From Paraspadella gotoi (taxonomy: Eukaryota > Animalia > Chaetognatha), in assembly GCA_051294375.1 (NCBI GenBank), contig CM119265.1, forward strand, positions 21,452,278 through 21,516,277: a DNA stretch of 64,000 bases. Direction: 5' to 3'. A program made the position numbers and the translations under genes. The notes under the pieces are model-generated. The model worked only from the letters and a program-made list of their open reading frames with translations, ran no database searches and was not told where the DNA came from. Below, piece after piece: positions 52,728 through 64,000 of this stretch. Each line of letters opens with the position of its first letter. The stretch's first letter is position 1.

Positions 52728-52965
52728 CTTTCTTCGCGCCGCTCGACCCACTTTTCGACTTTTTGAGAAACGAGGAAAATGTTGACCTTGTCGAAGGCCT
52801 CTCCATCTCCCGACAATGTCCAGGCCGGAGAGATGCGGCGCTCGGGGTTGGTTGCGGCAGCGGCGGAGGCGGCGGCGGAGGCGGAGGCGGCGGGTATGTG
52901 GACGCGATATCTTGCGTCTACGGCGTCCTGAGAGTGCGGGTTGGTTTACGAGAATCCCCCGCCAT
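52728..52965 (-). CDS. candidate first coding exon of the long isoform
   Basis: consensus MAG...PPPPPPPPPLPQP...MERPSTRSTFSSFLKKSKSGSSGAKK then G|GTGAGT; phase 1 donor fits the 51796 acceptor; 5' part needs indel correction. Confidence 0.45.
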
Positions 52966-55134
52966 GCCTCGCGGCGCGAGGGTCTTGATCAAGGCATTAT
53001 AAATTTCGTCATCTCGTCGAATTTATTTAAATATTTAAAATTCGTAAACCTTTTCTTTTTCAGATGTTTGTTAGTTTGTTTTTGTTTTTTTGATTGTTGT
53101 TTTTTTTTTTTGCTCGTCCCGAGCGATTTCGTTAAATCGAGATTCGACTCTTATTTCCGATCTTCACTCGCGAGATTCGATTTTCGTTTTTATTGTTTTT
53201 GTTTTCGTTGCATCGATTTTTTATTTTATTTTCGACTGACGATTTTCGGCTTGAAAATCAGGAACGAAAGCGAATGAAACAAAAGGGGAAGAGAGAGAAG
53301 AAAATAATGAAAGGCGGGACGACGGTGAAAGGGGCTGGAGTAGGTGACTAGTAAGGCGTGCGACGATTAATTGGTATACATGCCGTGTACAGGTGCCGGG
53401 TACAGGTGGCGGGTAGATTGTCGAGCGGGAATTAGACGGCGACGGACTTTGAGAAGCGACGAAAATTGGGAGAATAAAAGGTTCAAAGGTAATCGTAGCG
53501 ATGCCGCGATGAAGTTCAAAGGTTCTCCCGATTCCGGATTCGAACCCGAGTTTTCGTCGAAGCCGCTTTTTTCAGTTTTTCTCTCGCTCTCTCTCTCTCT
53601 CTTTCGAGAGCGCTCTGTCGATAAAAGCAAAACAAAAACAATGAAAAAATTGCGCATCGATGAAATGAGAGAGAAAAAAAAGAGCATCGATTTTTTTTTT
53701 TTTTCAAGTTGAGAAGCCTTTTTTTTCGCCGCTTTAATTCGGCAGTCGACCACGGGGCGAAAAAAAGGGGAGGGTTTTAAGGGGAGAATGGAGAGGGTTA
53801 AAGGCTTCGGAGGGGGCTGTGAGAGAAATTCGAACGAGGTTTCTGGTTCATCTTGCAAAAAAAAAAAAAAAAAAAAGCTCCCATCTTACGCGGGTTTTTA
53901 AAAGATTTTTATCGTTGAGAGGACTCCTTGTTTCGAGAAGAAAATTTTGGGTCAAAGAGAGAGAGAGCGATTCGGAGGGAGGCTCTGGGAGTGAGAGCTA
54001 CGAATGTTGTGATGTGAGTGAGTGAGAGAGAGAGAGAGACAGAGAGTGTTCAGGCGAGACAACGAACGGCGCATGTGGACCGTGAATCGAGGACGAGACT
54101 CGAGGATTTGTAAGAGGAGAGAGGATGGAGAGAGAGAGAGACAGGAGAGAATGCAGATAACTGTAGTGACGTGGATGAGAGTTATAGTATTATCAAGAGA
54201 GAGAGAGTTAGAGAGAGAGAGAGAGAGAGACTTTAAGTCAAAGTTTCAAGATTCTAGTCCAGGTTATCATCAGGTCAAGGAAAACCGTTGTCATTGTTTA
54301 AGATAAAAGCGTAAAGTTTGTTTTGTCTACGGATTGGTCGCGAAATACCTTGCCTTTTATTCTTTTATTTTTTGCTGTCTCCAGTAAACATTACTTCGCT
54401 TACACTTTCCCCTCCTCTCCCAGTTGCATTGCATTACGTAGGTTAAAACAGTCATTAAAAAACCCAAGGGTTATATTTTCCGCAATGAAAATCGGTCATC
54501 ATTTCAATTATGCAATTTAACTATCGTCAAAATGATATAATGTTTCGCGTTTAAAAGGAGCTATTTTTGTATTAGCTCGACTTTTTAATTCAAAAGTATT
54601 TCGGTTAACAAGTACGTATAAATCAGTAATACTTTATATAAATCGAGTTAAATTTTCATTAATTCAGGTTCGTCGAAAGTATTCCGGTTAATCGAGAGTC
54701 GTCAACGATTGCTCGTTTCGGCCGAGCGTTACGGTCACATTCCGAAAAATAAGGATTTACGAAGCGCAATTAAGAGGGAAAATTCGTTGTCGCGAAAATG
54801 AGCGTTCGGGGAGATTGGAGGGATCCCTCGCTGGGAACACGATGCCTGCGCCTGGAGTCGCTCGTCAAAATTCTCATCTAAAAATTCATATTTCGATGGC
54901 GATGGACGAAAAAAAAAAATCTAGGACGCATTGGACCGAGTTAGAGACTCTTCTCTATTTCTCACCGGGATCTCTGAGGAAGAGGGGAAAAAGAGACAAA
55001 GCTGTTGTTGTTGTTGTTGTTGTTAAAGCGAGGACGACGATGACGACGACGACGACGATGATGACGATGATAGCGACGATCGTAGATTTGAGGTGAATTT
55101 GCTTTCCGACACATCTCCCGAGAGATTTTTTTTG

Positions 55135-55182
<48 letters not shown>

Positions 55183-55845
55183 TCTAGAGTTGAAAGAACG
55201 AGAGGGGAAAAAAAACCCTGGCTGCTAAAAACCAGAGCGAGAAAGGAAAAAGGCAGAATGAGAGAAATGAAAACGGGGATTAAGAAAAAAAAATAAAAGA
55301 GGTATATAAAAGGGAAAAAAGAAAAGTGGGAATTAGGAAAAATTGAAAAAAAAAGGTAAAGAGAGAAAAAAAAAGGATTAAAAATAGTCAAAATGTAAAA
55401 AGAAGAACTGGGATTAGAAAAAAAATTTGGAAAAAAATAACAGAAAAAATTTTGGTGGGGAAAAAGCAAAATTGAAAACAAATTGGCCTTAAAAAAGAGT
55501 GTAACAGAAATTCACAAATATATCGCAGAACTAAAAATAATATTAAAGAAAAAAAAAGTAGATATGGGCCAACAATGAAGACGATATAAAGGTTTCACAG
55601 GGAGTAGTCGATTATAATATTCGTTAATTCAGTGAGAGAAAAAGAAAGAAAGAAACTATAATTGAATGTAAATCATACGAAGAAAAAAAAATTATGGTAA
55701 AAAAAATTGAAATGAAGACACAAAGAGGATGAAACAAAGTAGTAAACATTTCGCTTCGAGGTTCTAACTTTTAACAAAGAATGATTTAACAAAGAGAGAA
55801 GAGATGAGATGAGAGAGAGAGAGAGAGATTGGACGAGAGAGAGAG

Positions 55846-55882
<37 letters not shown>

Positions 55883-58582
55883 GAGAGAGTGAGAAGAGGA
55901 GAGAGAGAGAAGAGAGAGATGGAGAGAAGCAGAGAGCAGAGAGGAAGAAGGAGAGAGAGAGAGCAAGTTTTCGATCGAAATTCGAGAGAATCAGAAGTAA
56001 AAAGCAGTTTCGGTTTTTTTGTTGTTGTCGTTGTTGTTGCTTTAACTCGATTAATACCTCATCCTAGTCGTCGGTCTCCGCATCAAGCGTCGTCGTCGTC
56101 GTCATCGTAATCATCGTCGTCGTCGTCGTCGTCGTCGTCGTCTTCCTCTTCGACATCATCGTCTTTCAAAATAATCATCAATCTTAATCTTCATAATCAT
56201 AATGACGATCGTAATCTTTCCTTCATCGTCTTCCCGATCATCGTCAGTTTCATCGCTGACACCTGTCATTAGTCATCGTCATCGTCGTCGTCGTCATTAG
56301 TCATCGTCTTCAACATCGTCAACTTCAGGTTCGTCTCAACGTCTCACAATAATTGTTATCACGAACATCGTTTCATCCTCCTCTTCTTCCCCCGGTCAAC
56401 AGTTAAAGGGAATCGCCGTCGTGATTGTGAATGTGATTGTGGTGAGAGATTCTTCGCTCAGTTTTATTTCGTCCTCGCATCTTTTTTCAATCATCACATC
56501 CGCACATCGATTCTCTTCTCCCCCCTTCCTCCCCCTTCCAACCTTGCCAACCCACCCAAAGTTCTCACGTTTACATCCGGACTTTCAAGGTTTTTTTGTT
56601 TGTTTTTTTGCTTTGCTATCCAATAACCTTTTTTTTTGTTTTCATCACCCATGTCGTTTTCTTTTGTCCCATTTCCATCCAATCATCACCGATTCTCGTC
56701 GAGATTTAATAAAAGTAAATAATCCATGGTCTGATTCCATTTCGTTATTCTCCGCTTTTCTTTCCTCTCCCGTTCTCCTTCCACTTTCTCCCCCACTCGC
56801 TTTTGTTTCTTCCTCATCCTCTATCTCAGATTTCCTCTTCCCCCCCTTCCCCTCCCCCGCGATTCCCATCCTCCTCTTCTTCATTCTTTATCTTCTTTAA
56901 TCTGCCTCATTATTATCCTCGTTTTCATCCAAGTTCTTTCTCATCCTTCGCAATTCTTCTTCCTAATTGATTTAAATCTCTTTATTGTTCTCTTTCTTCT
57001 AACTCTCTCTCTCTCACTCTCTCTCTCTCTCTGTCACGCCCTCTCCCGTTGAACTCTTCCTTCGAAACTTTCCTCAACTTCCTTTTTCTATCTCCCTCTC
57101 TGTCCCACCAATTGCCCCCCTCCGTTGTCTCTATCTCCCTCTCGCTCGTCCTTTCCCATCACTCGCATTCCCTTCACCCCTTGCTCCCAATTTTTCGATT
57201 CGATTTTTTCCCTTTGTTCCGCTCCGCCGCTCTTAGAAAAGTCTCCTTTTTTGCGTTGACCCTGTATTTTAGATTTTATCAATTAATTCGATTTACTTCG
57301 GCATCCATTTTGGGTGAGAATCTAGGGATTATTTTGGCATTGATTGATGAATAGCGGGATATTTAACTTAATTGATTGGTGATGATTAATTTAGAATAGC
57401 TGCACAGATTGATAGAATTAATTTGGGTAATTGATCGCTTCATTTATTTATTCATTCATTCATCCAATCTTTCATTTATAGATAAAATTTAATTTATAGA
57501 ATGATTGTACTGACCTATAAAGTTAATATTAGATAACGAAGATAAGGAATCCACGTGTTGTTTGACTAACCCAGGGTGAAACCCGACGCCACTTAGACCG
57601 ACCCAATTTAAGATCACGATTGTAGCGATAGTCAAGAAGTATGAAATTACCGGAGAAGAATAAGATTAGGAAGAAAGATAAGAAGAAGGAACCCTATTTA
57701 AAAAGGATACTTTTGCACTGTTGGAAAGGTAACATTTAAAGTAGGTGTTTCCGCAGTTTAGAATTTCGAGTTGTTTACATTTGCATACCCATTTTGTTTA
57801 AGTTTAAATCCCTTTTGTAAAACTGGGGACAAAAATCGTTTTTGTTTTCCCCGTCAAAATATTTCAAGAGTTATATTTGGAGATTGTTATTGAGCTAAAG
57901 AAAAAGATTATAGAAGATTATAAATAGACAATTTTTACAACCTACCACTCCCTTACTTATCAAATTTTTTTAACTAGTCATACCCGACCCAAAATATTTT
58001 CATCTTAAAAGTCCAAAAAGTCCAAAAATTATCTTTAACTTATCAATACCTAATAATCCAGAAATCTTAACGGACCCAAATCGCGGACGCGTCAATCGTC
58101 TCTTCAATAAAACATCACCAAAAACACGAGGGGCGCTGACAGACCTTCGGGTCGGAACTGGAAAATCACCCCCGGGGTATTTTTTTTTTTTAACCCTAGC
58201 TTCGTCCCCCCCGCGGCGAAAACATTATGAAGAATTTGCTGAGAATTTTTTTTTTCACTTCATAAATTTTTCATAGAGAGAAAAATATTTAAATAATTTT
58301 ATCCATTTATATTCGTCATTCCTTTTTTTTTATTGTCGAATCGCCGCCGGTATTTAAAATTAATACTTTTTTTTCGTCAAAGATAAAGATGATCAGAGTT
58401 ATTTTCGGACAAAAAGGATCGTCGGAGGGACAGAAGTTTATTCAATTAGAAAATCACGAATTTAGATCTTTTTGCGTCAAAATTGAAATATCATCGCGAC
58501 ATTAATATTGTAAGAAAAAAAAAACTCGTTTGTGTCCCGAAATTCTGGGCGAAGGGGAAAAAAAAGCCGGAACAAATATGTT

Positions 58583-58628
<46 letters not shown>

Positions 58629-60064
58629 AACAAATTTCAGTTGCTTTCTCGATCGCGTTAATCGTATAACGAGACTACTCTTGGCATTCCGTTGTCTCCC
58701 TCTCTATCGCTTCATTTACCTCTCTGTCCCCCTTCAATTCCCCCCTTTTCCTTCCTCTGTCATCACTGTTTAAAAAATTTCAAGGACGAGCGCGTCGTAA
58801 GCCATGAGTCACTTCCCGAAAAATAATTTAATCCATTATATATTTTCGAAAAGAGATTTTTTTTCTGCGGTTAACCGAGTAGGGCTTCGCTCACCCCTTA
58901 ATCAGTCAGAATGCGTGGAAAAGTGAGAGAGACTTTTTATATTTTTTTTTGTCTCGTCAAATTGTAAAATGACGCAATGATTAGTCGTTTACAGTCGGCA
59001 AATGTTTTGATCAGTCGTGAGATGGATCACAATTGTTCAATGACGAAGTCAATGTTTATCGCGCGGGGGAAAAAAGTTTACAAAATCGAGGGCGTGGCGA
59101 GTGAAGAAAGGCGAGAGGTCACTGTCGAGTGGCCACAGTCCACTGGCGACGGGCCTTTGTCCAGTGTCGAGTGGTTGACGAACGATAATCGTGGATCGAG
59201 GATTCGTCGTCGGGATCGCGATAAAAATCGATGATCGTCGAAGAGAAAAGCGAAAAGAGAAAAGCAATTTGATTACTCTATCTCTCACTCACTCTCTCTC
59301 TCTCTCTCTTGGTTTTTCAACGCCTTTTACTTTTACGGTTATAATTAGGTCACTGAATTATTTTCTATACTATAAAAAACCTTTCTCCTCCAATACGATA
59401 CTAGACTAAAATCTTTTTTTTTCAATTTGATGTTTTGTTTCGATGTCTTGTGCAAAACGTCGGGGATATTTTCTAACCAAAAAAAATTAACCCAATGATG
59501 AATAGGAGCGGAAGGCAGGTATCGAGGAAGCAGTCAGGGAAGCGGTTTCAAAGGAGAGGTAGTGGAGCGGGGAGAGAAATTTTGCGGGTGAGAAGGAGCA
59601 AAATAATTTGCGATCCTTCCTCGTTATGTATGAATTAATGAAGCGTTTAAATTCGGTCGTGCGACCTCGTGGGTGGTCTTTCTCCAGCGTACGATATTAA
59701 TGATTAATATCACCGTTAGTTTTATTGTTTCTTTTGTTTTGTTTATCCAGGACTCGTCAAGTGACAAATTCAGGGATGAATTTGGTGCCGTTGATTATTT
59801 TTTACGCATATCTGCGTAAAAAAGAAAAGTTACAGAAGACGATTGTTCAACTTTTATTTTTAAATTCTCAAATTTTGCTGTTTTCGGTGATTCTCTGGGC
59901 AAAAATTTAAATAAAAATTTTTAAAAAAAGAAAGGAAAGTTGACTTTTTCGATTCTCAAATTCATAGTCGGACTCGATCCCCTCTTTTTACGACGTTTTC
60001 AATTTTCATATTCATATTTTACTGATTTCGATTCTTCGCGATTTTAACGAGGAGAGACGGCGAT

Positions 60065-60096
<32 letters not shown>

Positions 60097-60848
60097 CAAC
60101 GCCTTTTGACGCCCTAATTTGGTCTCGTGTCATCCTTAAATCTCTCGTTTCGAGTTGTAACCCTTAGTCATCCTTAGTCACCAGTCACGTGATCAAAAGG
60201 CGATCGTAAAAAATAATTTTTTACACAGTTTTTCGCCCCAAATCTCCGTAAAGCGTCGGGGGGCTTTCCTCCAAACATCAAGGGAGAAGTCTCTCGGTGA
60301 AGGTGAAGGAGAAAGCGAAGAGCCAACAAAGGCGGTGAACGACAACTGCAGTGTCACTGTTTTTCTAAAAATTGAATCGGTTTCCGCTGACAAAAGGTTT
60401 TTTTTTTCCGGCTAAATGTCGGAGGATTATTTTAGCCGTGATTCGAAAATTAGTTTATAGAAGAAAAATAAGAATGTCGTACTTGTCACAATCGCACAGA
60501 GAAATCCAAGGACCAAGGCGGGCAAAAGTAAATTTTGGAAAAAAATGTGAAAATTTAGAATTTTCCCTCTCTCTCTCTCTCTCACTCTTTCTCGCTCTCT
60601 CTCTCCACTTGCGGGCCTCAATTTCCTAAAACTGAGAAAAACCCATTTAAGCTGTCGGAGTTTACCCAATCAATTTACGAGGCTTGCGCGAGTAGCTTCA
60701 CTTACTCGTATATTTCATCGAATTCTAAAAACCAAAAAGAAATTTTAGGATTTTTTTTAAAAAAAATTTAAAATTATCCAAAGACAAAGCAGATAAAAAA
60801 AGTTGTTTTCCTTTTGTTGCTTTCTCTTTTGCTTTTAGGGAATTTTTT

Positions 60849-60911
<63 letters not shown>

Positions 60912-62177
60912 AAACAGCTGTAAAGTGACAGGAGTTAGTGGACCGAAAAATAATTTTTTTTGAATTTAGATAAATCATAAATTTTAAGCTTTCGTCGTCG
61001 GCTTCGATTCAACATTAGAAGTTGAAGGACCGTAATACTTTTTAACAGTTATGTGAAATAAAAAAATACCTAAACGTAAATATGAACGAAGGCGTGCGTA
61101 ATGATTCTTTTACAGTCAAACCTCGCGTTCCAAAGTCCAAACTACCAGAATCTGCTCTCTCTCTCTCTCTAAGAATGCAACGAACGATAAGAATGAGTCA
61201 TTCTTTCCCACCGAAGCACAAGAAGCGGTCCATGAAATTTTTATGCGAATCAAAGGCGTGATAGAAAGCCCTGGATTTCGGAAGAGTCCGGTTTATTTTT
61301 GAGGAGGAGAAGAAAGAAAAAAATTGTGGATGGAATAAGACAGTATCGATCGTACCGTTACGACCTTTCTTCGGTAAGCTTTATGTTTGCACGCAACAGT
61401 CTGAATCGCGATTCGACTGCGTTGCAGGAACGCCTCCGACTCCGCTGTCTTTCTGCGTCTGCCGCTGACGCTGCTTTCGTTCCATCGATGTGTCGCGAAG
61501 CAGCAAGAGGGGCAGTGACGCAATCAAACCCGATTTGAGTGGGTCGTGTGTCGGTAATTTGAGGATTATTTACGTGGTTAGCAGTAGGGCGCATCAGACT
61601 GCGATAAGGAGTGAGATCTATCCACGAATGCGACTAGTTTACAAATATTAAAAAGAAGTATGGGTCGAAAAATTTATTTCCTTCCATGACAACTTTCGAT
61701 TCGCGTCAGATCGAATTGAAATAGGGGATTATAAATGCCAGTTGACTTTTAAAAAAAAATACAAACAGGGAATTATAGTTATAGTATAAATACGTATAAA
61801 TAAAATCTTAAAACGCTGGAGAGAATGCACGTCATTTTTATAGAAAATGAAACGCAAACCTAAACTCAAATTTATGTAAAAAAGAATTAAAAATTTAATT
61901 CAATTAAAAATTGCGATTTTGAAAATTTCTATTAAATTTAAATGAAATAAAATTATTCTTTTTATTTTCAATATTTTTTTTATGTAAAGGCAATCCCAGA
62001 ATGACATAAGACTGAAATATTGTTTTCATAAGTTTTTACAAAACACGGGCGCAACTTGACGAATTCAGAAAAGATATTTGTAATGAATATTCAACAATAT
62101 TAAATAAATAAAAAAACTGAAGGAATGGATCCGTCGTTGAAAAATGAATAATTCATGAACCGAGAAGCACGGAAGCA

Positions 62178-62300
62178 CGCACGTGCATTGAACGTCGCCA
62201 TTCATTGGCCCATCTAAAGCTTTCCTATGTGCGCGCGGGATGATTGGCCAAAGAGAGATTTGGCTTCAAAGCATGGAGAAAGAAGAGATCGTTTGATTGG
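62178..62300. promoter_or_regulatory. possible promoter: three ATTGG (CCAAT-box) motifs and a GCACGTGC E-box
   Basis: attgg at 62204, 62243, 62296; E-box palindrome near 62179-62186; lies between divergently oriented coding regions. Confidence 0.25.
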
Positions 62301-62600
62301 TCGGCGAAGTCATGAAGCTTGAATCCTGCTCTACGGATTTAAAGAGGAAGGAGAGTGAGCTAGCCTTTTCTTAAATTTAGTATTACATTGATAATAGCTA
62401 TAACGTATGTTTTTTGCCAAATTGTAAAAACTGTGACCTGGCACCATATAATTACGAAAGAATAGTAATTGAATGGTAATTGTAGGCAAGATTGACGGTC
62501 AAAACTCATAAGAAGCATACCAAAGATCAGTTAAAAATATAATAAGGTTCATATAAATTATAAATTATATAATTATATAATAAATTAAATAAATTATAAT

Positions 62601-62638
62601 CTGGGCAATTATGGGCAATTATGGACAATTATGGGCAT
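62601..62638 (+). repeat. 10-bp tandem repeat (atgggcaatt x ~4)
   Basis: ctgggcaatt atgggcaatt atggacaatt atgggcat. Confidence 0.85.
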
Positions 62639-63696
62639 AATCATTAATCAATCCAAAAATTGAAAAAATTATGTTCTTTTTTTCAAATACCTTTACATAA
62701 AAATCCGTTATAAGGCGCAACATTTGTCAGTTTTCTGTTTTCTTTGATTAACAGATAAAAGAACATCGACAACCAGCAAACAGTTGCACAGTTTTTTTCA
62801 AGTATAATCTTCCCCGAAAAGCAATTATTTATTTAAATCCTTCAAAAAATCCGCCCAATTTTCATTCCTGCAACGCTTTTCTGAATGATGCGATAAAAAC
62901 GCGAGGTAACTCGTTTTTGACATTTTGTTTATCAATTTAACATTTTGATGTAAACATTTGGTGCCGTTCATTGACCGTTGAGACAAAATTAACCTCTGTT
63001 AAATAGGTTTACATCATGTTTTTTCTTGCTAATCCGTCTTGTTTTTTTTCTAAAGAGAGCATAATGATTTTATAACGAGGGCTTTTATTCGTCATCTGTG
63101 CTTTGTTGGTTCTCTTTTAATCTGCCATGCCGAATCTAAACCGTGGTAGGTCGGATTTTGCAAATGATCTGTGGTGGATGTGTTAGCGATGGGAAGTCAA
63201 CCGCAATAGTCACTCCGCTTTTCATCAGGAGAGAAAAAAGTCTTTCTCATTTGGCAGTAAGTTAAGCCGAAAATCGGAACACACTTCGTCACCTTACGGC
63301 ACAGTACACGGCCCAGCACAGCCCAGCACAGCCCTCGCCTAGGGCCCAGGGCCCAGGATTAAGTTGGAATTTCCTCACAATTTTACTACATTTGTTTTGG
63401 AAATTTTGATTTTTATTAGGAATTTTTGTTGAGCACAAATGATGAAATGATCCCTAACGATAAGTCCGAACTCAGATATCACGATTCACGAGACTTCGGT
63501 TCTAACATTTTTATCGTTCAATTTTGACATTACTACTAAAGAATATCTCTTAGACTTAGTTTTAAACTTTTTTCATTACTAGCTTTTTAAAAAAAAATTT
63601 TTTAAGTTGCCACTTGTTCACGGAATTGTAATATTGTAATATTTCTGCAATTGCTTTAAATTTCATTTGGTTCGCTCCTTTCGCATTCGAGAATAG

Positions 63697-64000
63697 AAAT
63701 GGGCTTGTGAAACAGAAGTTGTCGATTTAAATTTGACGATGGACGATTCGCTCGAGGAAGCGATCCGTTCTAAAGACACGGGCGAGAGACGATGGCGCGG
63801 CGCCGACGATGTCGCCAGAGCAACTGCGCCCACAGAAACTCCGTGGGAGCGCGTGAGGTCGGAGAAAGAGGCACCGACGACTCTGATGCGCGACAGGAGA
63901 AACATGATTCTCGAAGAGGAAGAATTCTTCGGCGGCGGCGGCGCCACTTATCCCTCGGTCGTCCCTCCGCGTTCCCCGGGGATGACCGCCAAGATGGCCT
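63697..64000 (+). CDS. partial coding exon of an unidentified plus-strand gene, running off the window end
   Basis: open frame after gaatag (or from ATG 63739): MDDSLEEAIRSKDTGERRWRGADDVARATAPTETPWERVRSEKEAPTTLMRDRRNMILEEEEFFGGGGATYPSVVPPRSPGMTAKMA...; GC-rich; missed by the ORF track because no stop is reached. Confidence 0.55.

Larger units (their letters stand above)
49573..58741 (-). repeat. third (inverted) copy of 25082-34270; ORF-identical to ~51460, then independently noisy
   Basis: ORF pairs with coordinate sum 83843 (49731..50051 / 33792..34112, 50582..50941 / 32902..33261); ends ...ccccttcaattccc at 58741 and joins unique sequence. Confidence 0.95.

Noticed and set aside
47895-58741. 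Frame-broken copies of exons interpreted as pseudogenes or paralogues
   Set aside because: Differences are mostly scattered single-base indels, often in homopolymers and short repeats, increasing toward N gaps, as expected from unpolished long reads
63663-63947. 94-aa minus-strand ORF
   Set aside because: Antisense to a longer open plus-strand frame with more gene-like codon use

Overview
Eukaryotic (animal-type) genomic DNA with AT-rich GT-AG introns, GC-rich exons and abundant (GA)n/(TC)n microsatellites. I see no prokaryotic features. The window is dominated by one minus-strand multi-exon gene that I read as a RUSC1/RUSC2-family protein (RUN domain exons 4219-4511 and 3869-4104, terminal SH3 exon 1212-1395). 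Fourteen exons from 10372 down to 1212 splice in phase, except for a net +1 frame mismatch inside the 6402-7558 exon. Further upstream, phase-compatible exons (23701-24448, 24755-25060, 51577-51796, 52728-52965) suggest a long isoform of roughly 2400 aa, and an exon at 18613-18913 suggests an alternative start. One intron carries a 742-bp TRIM-like element with direct terminal repeats and an AAGG target-site duplication. About 30 kb of the window is redundant: large inverted and direct copies separated by 25-N gaps and carrying long-read-type indel noise, most likely assembly or gap-filling artefacts. An unidentified plus-strand ORF runs off the right end. I did not find a convincing new biological system. 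The best leads are the frame switch in the RUSC-like gene, the structured mini-LTR element and the possible inversions. All similarity calls are by eye, without database searches.
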